Below are positions 13,997 through 36,801 of a stretch of DNA of 64,000 nucleotides, piece after piece. The number at the start of each line of letters is the position of its first letter. Position 1 is the stretch's first letter. The notes beneath the pieces were generated by a model that was given only the letters and a program-made list of their open reading frames with translations, had not been told where the DNA came from and searched no databases. Made by a program: the position numbers and the translations under genes. This stretch comes from Euglena gracilis (taxonomy: Eukaryota), in the NCBI GenBank assembly GCA_039621445.1, contig CP154954.1, positions 992,001 through 1,056,000 on the forward strand, read 5' to 3'.

Positions 13997-14069
13997 TGGA
14001 GATAAGCGGACTCGAACCGCTGACATCTGCCTTGCAAAGGCAGCGCTCTACCAACTGAGCTATACCCCC
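13997..14069 (-). tRNA. trnA: tRNA-Ala(UGC)
   Basis: Same sequence as the other copies. Confidence 0.96.
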
Positions 14070-14078
14070 AAAACCAAG

Positions 14079-14152
14079 AGGGCCATGCTAGACTTGAACT
14101 AGCGACCTTACCCTTATCAAGGGTATGCTCTAACCAACTGAGCTAATAGCCC
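14079..14152 (-). tRNA. trnI: tRNA-Ile(GAU)
   Basis: Same sequence as the other copies. Confidence 0.96.
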
Positions 14153-14235
14153 TCTTGGAAAAATAAGAGGTTTCCCTACTTATTTTTTTTATTTTTCATT
14201 GTTTTCAATCTATACATTTTTTTAGTTAAAAAACT

Positions 14236-14358
14236 AAAGGGAGTTGTTCCAGCCACACCTTCCAGTACGGCTACCTTGTTACGACTTCACCCCAGTCACC
14301 AGCCAGGCCTTAGGTATTTCCCTCTTTTCAGGCAAGATAATAACTTCGGGCACAGCCA

Positions 14359-14395
<37 letters not shown>

Positions 14396-14655
14396 AGAAC
14401 GTATTCACCGCCGTATAGCTGACCGGCGATTACTAGCGATTCCGGCTTCATGTAGGCGAGTTTCAGCCTACAATCCGAACTTAGGCTAAGTTTTAAGATT
14501 AGCTCATTTTCACAAAATTGCAACTTATTGTCTTAACCATTGTAGCACGTGTGTAGCCCAGGATATAAGGGGCATGATGACTTGACGTCGTCCTCACCTT
14601 CCTCTGGTAATAACCAGCAGTATTTCTAAATGACAAGCGTTAATTAAAAAAAAGG

Positions 14656-14707
<52 letters not shown>

Positions 14708-14775
14708 CCACCTGTGTCTAGATACCCGAAGGTACTGCGTTCTTTCAAACTTCCTCCTAGATCCTGTCAAATCCT

Positions 14776-14856
<81 letters not shown>

Positions 14857-14949
14857 CTTGTGCAAGCGTACTCCCCAGGCGGGATACTTAACGTGTTAAC
14901 TACAGCAGTGCACTTTCAGCACCACTTAGTATCCATAGTTTACGGCCAA

Positions 14950-14981
<32 letters not shown>

Positions 14982-15573
14982 TCAGCTTTCGTTTCTCAGC
15001 GTCAGTATTGGCCTAGAAAAGTGCCTTCGCCATTGGTGTTCTTTCCAATCTCTACGCATTTCACCGCTACACTGGAAATTCCCTTCACCCCTACCATACT
15101 CAAGTCTAGCAGTTTTTAATGCCCTTCCAAAGTTAAGCTTTGACTTTTAACATTAAACACACTTGACCGCCTACAAACTCTTTACGCCCAATAATTCCGG
15201 ATAACGCTCGCATCTCCCGTATTACCGCGGCTGCTGGCACGGAATTAGCCGATGCTTATTCCTCAAATACCGTCATTTCTTCTTCTTTGAGAAAAGAAGT
15301 TTACAACCCAAAGGCCTTCTTCCTTCACGCGGTATTGCTCCGTCAGGCTTGCGCCCATTGCGGAAAATTCCTCACTGCTGCCTTCCGTAGAAGTCTGTTC
15401 CGTTCTCAATCCCAGTGTGGCTGATCATCCTCTCAAATCAGCTACTGATCGTCGCCTTGGTAAGCCTTTACCTCACCAACAAGCTAATCAGATGCAAGCT
15501 CATGCCTAGGCGAAATTCTCTTTAACTAGCTACTCACATAGATCTAGTAAAGTATGAGGCATTAGCAAACGTT
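14236..15573 (-). rRNA. rrs: 16S rRNA, repeat 3: 5'-truncated by ~150 nt, with a 9-nt deletion and several SNPs
   Basis: Homology ends at attagcaaacgtt (15573); gggttgc[gctcgttgc]gggac deletion at ~14660. Confidence 0.9.
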
Positions 15574-16112
15574 CCCTGTCCTTCTCTCTCTTCCTGTCCT
15601 TCTCTTCTTCTCTCTATCTCTCTCCCCCTGTCCTTCTCTCTCTGTCCTGTCCTTCTCTCTATTCTCTCCTCTCTCTCTCCCCCTGTACTTTCTCTTCCTG
15701 TACTTCTCTCTTAATCTCTCTATATACCAATGTACTTATCTCTATTCCTGTCCTTATATATCTCTTCTATATATTCTCCTCCCTGTACTTCTCTCTATTC
15801 CTGTCCTTCTCTCTCTTCTCTATCCTCTCTCTCCCAATGTCCTTATATCTCTTCCTGTACTTATATATATTATATACTATATATACCAATGTACTTATAT
15901 ATATTAATGTACTTATATATCTTATATATCCTATATTACCAATGTACTTTATATATTAATGTACTTATATATATTATATATATACTATATATACCAATGT
16001 ACTTATATATTTAATGTACTTATATATATTATATATACTATATATACCAATGTACTTATATATATTAATGTACTTATATATATTATATATACTATATATA
16101 CCAATGTACTTA
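15574..16112 (+). repeat. 54-nt VNTR, corrupted copy (A->C gradient at the left end)
   Basis: The unit ccaatgtacttatatatattaatgtacttatatatattatatatactatatata is clean at the right end and reads cccctgtccttctctctct... at the left end. Confidence 0.85.
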
Positions 16113-16145
16113 AATGGTCTTTACTGAATATTTTCTACATCAGTC

Positions 16146-16250
16146 CCCTTGGTGACCAAGCAAGGGGCACATTTACTATAATGTGTACACTAAAAGCGCG
16201 CTTTGTAGGATTCGAACCTACTACATCAGGTTTTGGAGACCTACGCCTTA
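16146..16250 (-). pseudogene. trnW: isolated copy of the rRNA leader with pseudo-trnW (16195-16250)
   Basis: cttggtgaccaagcaaggggcac...ctacgcctta matches 3928-4030. Confidence 0.85.
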
Positions 16251-18107
16251 TGGTTTTTTATTGATTATTAACCCTGATTTATTAATTATTAAGTACTTTA
16301 TGGTTAAATTCCGTAACGTTTATTGTAATCCAAAGAACCACACAAACTGCTTTCTATTTAGCTATGTGTGTGGCTAATGCATACGTAATTTCTTAAAGGG
16401 TAAAAAGGAAGTGAACCCATTGCCGAGGAAATGCTTAGATTCGATTCTATTGCTCAATCAGGTTGTATCCATCCATAATCCATCCATACGTCAAGTCCGG
16501 ATGGAAGAACTGGTTGGTTATTTCTGCCAGATAAAAGATGTTTACTTTCCAAGATAATATTTTAAGGTTTAAGATTTCAAGATAAACAAAGTTTATAAGT
16601 GTTAGTTAATTATTACAGTTCATTATCAGAGATAGGTTTTTCAGAAAAATGATATAATGAAAAAATAGAAGATGTTTAGAGCTAACAATATTTTTACATG
16701 AGTTACATATTTAATGTAATATAAAATTGTATGTTTCGTAGGATTTTACTTAGAAACAAACAGAAATGTCTAGATATATATATAGAGTTTTTCTCAATTT
16801 CTATTATTCTTGTTCTTATTCAATGTTAGATTATTATTCGTGATGATAGATTATCTTACTTATTATTATTATTCCTGTAATCACTTATGCTATTATTCTT
16901 CTGAAACGTCATATTCAAGTTACTTAATATATAATTATGGTAGACTAAATGATTGTACTCTAAAAGTTCGATCTCATTTTTTATGAATAAATACAATACT
17001 AAAAATTAATTGTAAGGTATTAAATATTAATAATATTTTGTAACTACTTTTGATTTATTCATCTGTACTTCTTGTAATACTTCTTTATATCAAAAATGTG
17101 GGTAAATTATTTGTATTAGTTTAATCGGCAAAAAGCTTTGTTAAACAAAATTTTGCTTGTTGCTGGAAATTAAAATTTTACGAAAATGACAATGATTACA
17201 CTATTTGTGATAATAGTTTATTACTAAATATGTATATTTATACTAATATTATTTCAAAAATAGGTAATAATAATAGATTATTTAAGATTTAAAATAATCT
17301 ATATAAATACTTTATAGTAGTTATTATGTATTAAACGCGTTTTTATTATTTTTTACTGTCACTAAAATTTTTCAAGAAGCTATTAAAATTTTAAAAGTGT
17401 TATAATTTATATATTTTTAAAAATAAATTTTTGTATATATATAATTCTGTTGTACACTTTTTTGTAATAAAGTTTGTAAATTCCAGAAAATTATATGTTT
17501 TAGAATATTTTATTTTTATTCAATTATTATTCTATGATATTTTTTATACACCCAGATAGTTTTATCTTGTTAACTCATCAATACTCATCAATATAGTAAA
17601 CAATAAAAATTTTGAAAACAATGTGAATCATGTTCGTTTCAAAAGTAATCCAAGTCATTAAAATTATTACTTTGCAAGAGAATTTATGATTTGAAATTAG
17701 ATTCATTTTAAAAATCAAAATTTTGAATTAATTTAATTTCCTTTTATCCATAAATAGTAATTTAAAATTCAAAATTAGCTTTTCTAATGTTTTTTGCTTA
17801 AACCTATAAGTTTGTCTTTAAGAAGTAAATCTAGTTCACATTTTACTTTTTCTTTTTAGTTTCATAATTTTTCAAAGTCTATATTATTATTTTAACTAAT
17901 AATAAAATTTTTACATAATTATGTAAAAAACAAAAAATCAATATCAACTATTGTTTTGTAAGATTTCAATCTACGACATCACGTTTTGGGTACTTTCCAT
18001 TATTCAAATTTTGTTATAAATTTAACATTTTTCAAAATAAAAGACGTTGATTTTAATCTAGATATATATTGCAACTTTTTTATTAACGTTTTTTATTTCG
18101 AGAGTTT

Positions 18108-18186
18108 TACCTTCGACCGGACTCGAACCGGCAAGCTTATGCATGTGATTTTGAATCACACGTGTTTACCATTTCACCACGAAGGA
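18108..18186 (-). tRNA. trnL: tRNA-Leu(CAA)
   Basis: TCCTTCGTGGTGAAATGGTAAACACGTGTGATTCAAAATCACATGCATAAGCTTGCCGGTTCGAGTCCGGTCGAAGGTA; anticodon CAA; variable arm present. Confidence 0.92.
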
Positions 18187-18267
18187 AGAATATTTTTAAC
18201 ATTTTTAATGTATTTTCTGAAATACTTCTCAGAAAATGTAAATTAGTTTTCTTGTTTTAGCTATTTT

Positions 18268-19646
18268 TTAGTAATTGAACACTTTTTTAAAGGTTTCTTG
18301 CACTTTATATCCCGAATCTATTGATTCTAAAGGGTCTTTACGTAATCGATGTCGTAAACAAAGCGTAATTACAGTGAAAATGTCTTTAGGTGTTACTTCT
18401 GTGCGATCTTCAAATGCTACTAATGCTTTTGCTGCACGACTTGTTACCATATCTCCTCTTAGTCCATCAACATTTAGTTCAGAACAGATTTGTGATATTT
18501 TTTCTAAAAGTTCGTATTTTATTATTATGTTTTTTAATTTTTTTCTTGCATTTATAATTTTTTCCATTAGTTTATTTTGTTCTTCCTTATATTTTTCTTT
18601 GAACTCTTTAGGGCTTTTTTCAAATAGTTCTCGTTGTTGTACTATTTTTACACGAAGCGCTGGTTCCTTTAGTGTTTTAATTTGTGCATGCATTCCGAAT
18701 CTATCTAGTAATTGTGGTCTAAGTTCTCCTTCTTCAGGATTTCCTGATCCTACTAGTATAAATCTTGCAGGATGGCAAATCGAAACTCCTTCTCTTTCTA
18801 CCGTGTTCCATCCTGAAGCAGCGGAATCTAATAAAACGTCAACTAAATGGTCATCTAATAAGTTAACTTCATCAACGTACAATATTCCTCTATTTGCTTG
18901 TGCTAGTAGACCAGGTTCGAATGGTTTTTTTCCTTCGGATATTGCTTTTTCTATATCTATTGTTCCACAAACACGATCTTCAGTTGCACCTAATGGTAAA
19001 TCAACCATAGGTGTTTTAACTTGAATTATCGATACTTTTTCGTTTTTTTTTATTTTTTCTAGAACGTCATCTGACATTAATTCTGTATCATATGGATCAG
19101 AATTATATGGGTCGTTTTCTATTACATCAATAGGTGGTAGTAAGTCAACAAGCGCTCTAACTATTGTTGACTTTCCTGTTCCTCTATCACCCATTATCAT
19201 AACACCTCCTATTTTTGGATCTATTACATTTAAGATTAATGATAATTTCATAAAACTAAATTTTATTTGTTTTCAAACTATACGTGGTTTATCCTTTTAG
19301 CTTTGTTTTTTATTTATAAATTGTTATTTTATGTTCTTTTGGATTTTCTATAGTTTTCCAAACTGCTTCCAATTAGCTACAATAAATTTTAATAATTTAC
19401 AAAATTTTTTTAGTTGTGTTGAAAATTCAGTATTTTATTTGCCAATTTGTTTTATTTTTTATTTATTAATTGTAGTTTAGAGGGTAGTAATTATTTTTAA
19501 TAATAATAATTATTATTTTTTAAATTTATAATATTATTTTATTAAGTTTTTTATTTGAATGTGCAATGTGTTTAGCCACACATCTCTTCTTGTCCAACAA
19601 TAGAAGTAAAAGGAAATACAGGCCTTTCGTTAGTTTTTTTATTCAT
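18268..19646 (-). CDS. chlI: Mg-chelatase subunit I, 348 aa; exons 19646-19582 and 19249-18268; 332-nt group II intron at 19250-19581
   Basis: Exon 1 [22 protein letters not shown]; Walker [25 protein letters not shown]; intron GTGTG...TTTAGTTTTAT restores the reading frame. Confidence 0.96.
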
Positions 19647-19784
19647 AGTAAATTGATAGATTGTTATGCAATATTTTTTGCTTGTGTTCCCTTTTTTAGT
19701 ATATAAATAGGGGATCTTAATACCTAAAATTAGCTCTTTAGTTAATATTAGAGATTACTTATTTTATATTACAAAATATTATTT
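19647..19784. promoter_or_regulatory. divergent chlI/psbD promoter region
   Basis: 138-bp gap between head-to-head start codons; no exact -35/-10 pair could be assigned. Confidence 0.45.
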
Positions 19785-25000
<5,216 letters not shown>

Positions 25001-25820
25001 GGGTACGGCTAATAGTATTCAGTTACAATACCACGGTTATTCTATAGAGTAGAGTGGTCTCTTTGGTACAAGATGCGTATTTTTAATGCCGAAAAACAAA
25101 TGTGTTTATTAGGAAAGTAGTTTAGAATAAAAATTACAGTTGTGTAGTTATACGTTTTGCTACTTTAATAAATATGTGTTAAAAACCGTGAATGCTAGAA
25201 ACCAATCTTTTATTTATTACTTTTTTATTTTTAAGAAATTTGACTTGGTTAATCTAATCATGTTTGATTTTTCTTTGCAAAATAAGCTTTGCATATTGGG
25301 TTAGTTATTGTACCTTGTAGTTATGTCGGTAAATTAGCGTATTTTTAATTTGTAGTTTTTATGTGTAATTGAAAAGATCTTAGTAAAAATCAATAATTTT
25401 TTTTGGTTGAACGACAATGTGAAAAAGCAAATGTTTTGAAATAATAGTTCAAAAATGACATGGAAAAGTTAAATACTTGATCATGCAATTATGCTAACGT
25501 TACATTAGCTCAAAACATTTTTTATGTTGAATTCGGCAATTCAATTTTGTTTTTTAAAAGTTTATGTGAATTTTGATAAAAGAAGTTTTTAACTTTTCAA
25601 TGTTATATTATATAATTTTATAGATTAATTTGATATTTAGTATAAATTTTACTTATATTTTTTGTTTTTTAGTTTATAATAAGCGTTATGAACGTTAACT
25701 CATTTTTAAATTTTGAACGACCGTTTTACTATTAATGCTTACTGTTTTCCTTATGTTAATAGATATAATATTCAATCTGTAAAAAATATTTTAATAGCTG
25801 ATTATTTGAGTACAGAAATA

Positions 25821-26666
25821 ATGTTTTTAAAAGATATACATCAATTTTTTCTTGGTTTTGTTATTACAAATACTATTATTGTTATTATAGGTCAAATAAA
25901 CCTTCAGTTTAAAAATTCTTATAATATTGTAAGTGGTTTAAAAGTGCAGCAACTTGATTCTATTAAGTATTATTGTAAAGTATTAACGCACGATAGTAGT
26001 TGTTTGTTTTTTAGAAATTGTTTAGCTGTAATTGATAGTATTATTGTTAATATTGACGAATATCTTTCATTATCTCCTTTTAAAAGACGAGAAAAGTTTT
26101 TACAAGATGTGGAATCTTTGAATAACCCTTCTGTGCCTGCTCGTTTATTTATAAATCCGAAAAAAGATTTTATTTTGATACATCGTAAGGGAGTATCTTT
26201 GAAGATTCGAAGTACTTTTCAAATGTATTCAATTTATAAGTTTAATGTTTCAGTTAGTAAGAATGCAGCTATATTTAATACTTTAAGACCGAGTGATTTC
26301 ATTTCTTTTTTAGAATATTATAGTGATATGAACATTAATGAAATACTTATTAATGTTCTGAATAACTATGGATTAAATGATATTTCCTTGTTTTTGGTAA
26401 AAAAGATTTTTTATTTATTTGATTCAGATAAGATTTTTTTTAATGAGTTTATAGGTGTTGATAGCGTTCCTTTAGAATATTTTTTACTTTTTTTATCAAA
26501 AAAGTACATTATTAGAGCAAGGAAAGAATCGCCTTTAAAAATATATACTGACTTTGAAGATTTTTACATACACGGTTCATTTAAAAATATTTTAAAAATG
26601 CAACAGCAAAAAATTAAACAAAACCTTGGTTTTAAAACAAAATCTAATTTTTTTACAGGAATATAG
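25821..26666 (+). CDS. psbD intron 8 ORF, 281 aa from ATG (317 aa from TTG at 25713); orf281a-like
   Basis: Long open frame in ~80% AT intron DNA, identical in all three copies. Confidence 0.7.
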   Translation: MFLKDIHQFFLGFVITNTIIVIIGQINLQFKNSYNIVSGLKVQQLDSIKYYCKVLTHDSSCLFFRNCLAVIDSIIVNIDEYLSLSPFKRREKFLQDVESLNNPSVPARLFINPKKDFILIHRKGVSLKIRSTFQMYSIYKFNVSVSKNAAIFNTLRPSDFISFLEYYSDMNINEILINVLNNYGLNDISLFLVKKIFYLFDSDKIFFNEFIGVDSVPLEYFLLFLSKKYIIRARKESPLKIYTDFEDFYIHGSFKNILKMQQQKIKQNLGFKTKSNFFTGI

Positions 26667-26668
26667 TT

Positions 26669-27338
26669 GTGGCAAATTTGAAAAAATTTTTGTGTAAATT
26701 TCGCACTAAGAAAATACGTAGAAGAGATAATTTTATGTTAATAAAAGTAAATTTTATGGAGCATTATCTTTTAAATAAACAATTTGAGTTAGCCTCTGCT
26801 ATTAAATCAAGAAACAAAATTTTAATCCATAAATTAGTATCTGATGTCTTAGTTTCTTATAATTCATTATGTTATGCTGTATACAAAACGTTGAAGAATT
26901 CGGATGATAAATCTTCATCGAATATTCAAAAAAAAAAAAAAAAAAGAAAAATTTTCAAAATTTAGTTGATTCTTTAAAATGTTTTGTATTGAATTATGAT
27001 TTTTATAAAATCAGATGTTTAAATTTATATTATCTTCGCAATTTTATCGATTGCAAAGAACAATTCTTACACTTTCATTTTTTGGATATAGCTTTGCAAA
27101 ATCTATATAGTTTTATATTTTTTCCTTTTCTTGAATCAAATTTGGATAAATTTACGTATGGACCGAGAGTTTTTCGGTCTTCTATTGATGCGGTAAAAGT
27201 ATTGTTTTTGTTGGGTAAACAAAAAAAGTATAGTAATTATAATAAATATCTCTTTTGTTTTGCTTTTAACTATACGATTGTAAAATGCTTTGATGCAGTT
27301 TTTAATAGTTGGGTGTTATCTAATGTTTCATTTATTGA
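26669..27338 (+). CDS. 5' part of the intron 8 maturase/RT-like ORF, cut by the fold-back
   Basis: Same sequence as 60332-61001. Confidence 0.7.
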
Positions 27339-27347
27339 GATTCAAAA

Positions 27348-27385
<38 letters not shown>

Positions 27386-27781
27386 AAAAAACGAAAAATT
27401 TCAAAAATTAGTGAGTCTTTAATTATATGTCTTAGATTTGTAATTGATAGTATTGTTTTATATCATTATATCAGATGTTTAAAGGTTTATAGTTATGTCT
27501 TACGCAAGTTTTATCGAGTGCAAGAATCACATATATGTTGACACTTTCATTATTTTGTGATATAGATTTGCAATCAATCTGTATGTATTCGCGTTTTTTA
27601 TATTTTTTCCTTTTTTTCTTGCAATCCAAATCTGTCTATGTTTAAATTTACGTAGGACCGAGAGTTTTTCGGTCTTCTATTGATGCGGTACAACGTCATT
27701 GTTTTTGTTGGGTGGAATCCTATCTTTCCCTAATCCTCCGTTGTGTCGTGTTTTTCTCCGCTGCCAGCATGGAGAGAGATT
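27339..27781. other. fold-back junction 1: noisy re-read of ~26925-27213 followed by a degraded SMRTbell adapter (27717-27780)
   Basis: atcctatctttccctaatcctccgttgtgtcgtgtt...gagagagat resembles the adapter ATCTCTCTCTTTTCCTCCTCCTCCGTTGTTGTTGTTGAGAGAGAT. Confidence 0.88.
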
Positions 27782-28331
27782 ACACAACAAAAACAATACT
27801 TTTACCGCATCAATAGAAGACCGAAAAACTCTCGGTCCATACGTAAATTTATCCAAATTTGATTCAAGAAAAGGAAAAAATATAAAACTATATAGATTTT
27901 GCAAAGCTATATCCAAAAAATGAAAGTGTAAGAATTGTTCTTTGCAATCGATAAAATTGCGAAGATAATATAAATTTAAACATCTGATTTTATAAAAATC
28001 ATAATTCAATACAAAACATTTTAAAGAATCAACTAAATTTTGAAAATTTTTCTTTTTTTTTTTTTTTTTTGAATATTCGATGAAGATTTATCATCCGAAT
28101 TCTTCAACGTTTTGTATACAGCATAACATAATGAATTATAAGAAACTAAGACATCAGATACTAATTTATGGATTAAAATTTTGTTTCTTGATTTAATAGC
28201 AGAGGCTAACTCAAATTGTTTATTTAAAAGATAATGCTCCATAAAATTTACTTTTATTAACATAAAATTATCTCTTCTACGTATTTTCTTAGTGCGAAAT
28301 TTACACAAAAATTTTTTCAAATTTGCCACAA

Positions 28332-29177
28332 CTATATTCCTGTAAAAAAATTAGATTTTGTTTTAAAACCAAGGTTTTGTTTAATTTTTTGCTGTTGCAT
28401 TTTTAAAATATTTTTAAATGAACCGTGTATGTAAAAATCTTCAAAGTCAGTATATATTTTTAAAGGCGATTCTTTCCTTGCTCTAATAATGTACTTTTTT
28501 GATAAAAAAAGTAAAAAATATTCTAAAGGAACGCTATCAACACCTATAAACTCATTAAAAAAAATCTTATCTGAATCAAATAAATAAAAAATCTTTTTTA
28601 CCAAAAACAAGGAAATATCATTTAATCCATAGTTATTCAGAACATTAATAAGTATTTCATTAATGTTCATATCACTATAATATTCTAAAAAAGAAATGAA
28701 ATCACTCGGTCTTAAAGTATTAAATATAGCTGCATTCTTACTAACTGAAACATTAAACTTATAAATTGAATACATTTGAAAAGTACTTCGAATCTTCAAA
28801 GATACTCCCTTACGATGTATCAAAATAAAATCTTTTTTCGGATTTATAAATAAACGAGCAGGCACAGAAGGGTTATTCAAAGATTCCACATCTTGTAAAA
28901 ACTTTTCTCGTCTTTTAAAAGGAGATAATGAAAGATATTCGTCAATATTAACAATAATACTATCAATTACAGCTAAACAATTTCTAAAAAACAAACAACT
29001 ACTATCGTGCGTTAATACTTTACAATAATACTTAATAGAATCAAGTTGCTGCACTTTTAAACCACTTACAATATTATAAGAATTTTTAAACTGAAGGTTT
29101 ATTTGACCTATAATAACAATAATAGTATTTGTAATAACAAAACCAAGAAAAAATTGATGTATATCTTTTAAAAACAT
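28332..29177 (-). CDS. intron 8 281-aa ORF (inverted copy)
   Basis: Identical translation to 25821-26666. Confidence 0.65.
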   Translation of the reverse strand: MFLKDIHQFFLGFVITNTIIVIIGQINLQFKNSYNIVSGLKVQQLDSIKYYCKVLTHDSSCLFFRNCLAVIDSIIVNIDEYLSLSPFKRREKFLQDVESLNNPSVPARLFINPKKDFILIHRKGVSLKIRSTFQMYSIYKFNVSVSKNAAIFNTLRPSDFISFLEYYSDMNINEILINVLNNYGLNDISLFLVKKIFYLFDSDKIFFNEFIGVDSVPLEYFLLFLSKKYIIRARKESPLKIYTDFEDFYIHGSFKNILKMQQQKIKQNLGFKTKSNFFTGI

Positions 29178-29997
29178 TATTTCTGTACTCAAATAATCAG
29201 CTATTAAAATATTTTTTACAGATTGAATATTATATCTATTAACATAAGGAAAACAGTAAGCATTAATAGTAAAACGGTCGTTCAAAATTTAAAAATGAGT
29301 TAACGTTCATAACGCTTATTATAAACTAAAAAACAAAAAATATAAGTAAAATTTATACTAAATATCAAATTAATCTATAAAATTATATAATATAACATTG
29401 AAAAGTTAAAAACTTCTTTTATCAAAATTCACATAAACTTTTAAAAAACAAAATTGAATTGCCGAATTCAACATAAAAAATGTTTTGAGCTAATGTAACG
29501 TTAGCATAATTGCATGATCAAGTATTTAACTTTTCCATGTCATTTTTGAACTATTATTTCAAAACATTTGCTTTTTCACATTGTCGTTCAACCAAAAAAA
29601 ATTATTGATTTTTACTAAGATCTTTTCAATTACACATAAAAACTACAAATTAAAAATACGCTAATTTACCGACATAACTACAAGGTACAATAACTAACCC
29701 AATATGCAAAGCTTATTTTGCAAAGAAAAATCAAACATGATTAGATTAACCAAGTCAAATTTCTTAAAAATAAAAAAGTAATAAATAAAAGATTGGTTTC
29801 TAGCATTCACGGTTTTTAACACATATTTATTAAAGTAGCAAAACGTATAACTACACAACTGTAATTTTTATTCTAAACTACTTTCCTAATAAACACATTT
29901 GTTTTTCGGCATTAAAAATACGCATCTTGTACCAAAGAGACCACTCTACTCTATAGAATAACCGTGGTATTGTAACTGAATACTATTAGCCGTACCC

Positions 29998-35203
<5,206 letters not shown>

Positions 35204-35341
35204 AAATAATATTTTGTAATATAAAATAAGTAATCTCTAATATTAACTAAAGAGCTAATTTTAGGTATTAAGATCCCCTATTTATATACTAAAAAAGGGA
35301 ACACAAGCAAAAAATATTGCATAACAATCTATCAATTTACT

Positions 35342-36720
35342 ATGAATAAAAAAACTAACGAAAGGCCTGTATTTCCTTTTACTTCTATTGTTGGACAAGA
35401 AGAGATGTGTGGCTAAACACATTGCACATTCAAATAAAAAACTTAATAAAATAATATTATAAATTTAAAAAATAATAATTATTATTATTAAAAATAATTA
35501 CTACCCTCTAAACTACAATTAATAAATAAAAAATAAAACAAATTGGCAAATAAAATACTGAATTTTCAACACAACTAAAAAAATTTTGTAAATTATTAAA
35601 ATTTATTGTAGCTAATTGGAAGCAGTTTGGAAAACTATAGAAAATCCAAAAGAACATAAAATAACAATTTATAAATAAAAAACAAAGCTAAAAGGATAAA
35701 CCACGTATAGTTTGAAAACAAATAAAATTTAGTTTTATGAAATTATCATTAATCTTAAATGTAATAGATCCAAAAATAGGAGGTGTTATGATAATGGGTG
35801 ATAGAGGAACAGGAAAGTCAACAATAGTTAGAGCGCTTGTTGACTTACTACCACCTATTGATGTAATAGAAAACGACCCATATAATTCTGATCCATATGA
35901 TACAGAATTAATGTCAGATGACGTTCTAGAAAAAATAAAAAAAAACGAAAAAGTATCGATAATTCAAGTTAAAACACCTATGGTTGATTTACCATTAGGT
36001 GCAACTGAAGATCGTGTTTGTGGAACAATAGATATAGAAAAAGCAATATCCGAAGGAAAAAAAGCATTCGAACCTGGTCTACTAGCACAAGCAAATAGAG
36101 GAATATTGTACGTTGATGAAGTTAACTTATTAGATGACCATTTAGTTGACGTTTTATTAGATTCCGCTGCTTCAGGATGGAACACGGTAGAAAGAGAAGG
36201 AGTTTCGATTTGCCATCCTGCAAGATTTATACTAGTAGGATCAGGAAATCCTGAAGAAGGAGAACTTAGACCACAATTACTAGATAGATTCGGAATGCAT
36301 GCACAAATTAAAACACTAAAGGAACCAGCGCTTCGTGTAAAAATAGTACAACAACGAGAACTATTTGAAAAAAGCCCTAAAGAGTTCAAAGAAAAATATA
36401 AGGAAGAACAAAATAAACTAATGGAAAAAATTATAAATGCAAGAAAAAAATTAAAAAACATAATAATAAAATACGAACTTTTAGAAAAAATATCACAAAT
36501 CTGTTCTGAACTAAATGTTGATGGACTAAGAGGAGATATGGTAACAAGTCGTGCAGCAAAAGCATTAGTAGCATTTGAAGATCGCACAGAAGTAACACCT
36601 AAAGACATTTTCACTGTAATTACGCTTTGTTTACGACATCGATTACGTAAAGACCCTTTAGAATCAATAGATTCGGGATATAAAGTGCAAGAAACCTTTA
36701 AAAAAGTGTTCAATTACTAA
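35342..36720 (+). CDS. chlI: Mg-chelatase subunit I (inverted copy); exons 35342-35406 and 35739-36720
   Basis: Spliced length 1047 nt = 348 aa plus stop. Confidence 0.95.
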
Positions 36721-36801
36721 AAAATAGCTAAAACAAGAAAACTAATTTACATTTTCTGAGAAGTATTTCAGAAAATACATTAAAAATGTTAAAAATATTC
36801 T

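Noticed and set aside
1248-14899. Short ORFs overlapping the rRNA genes and leaders
   Set aside because: Chance frames in structural RNA, repeated only because the operon is repeated.
18922-18926. chlI Ala->Pro variant (KKPFEPG) as a diverged paralogue
   Set aside because: Single-base difference in a conserved motif in one of three artefactual copies; most likely a consensus error.
18275-19024. 249-aa ORF antisense to chlI (also at 35964 and 51939)
   Set aside because: Shadow frame of chlI codon usage; Ser/Phe-rich with no motifs.
27290-28009. Poly-Lys and novel C-terminal ORFs at the first junction
   Set aside because: They are translated from noisy read and adapter sequence.
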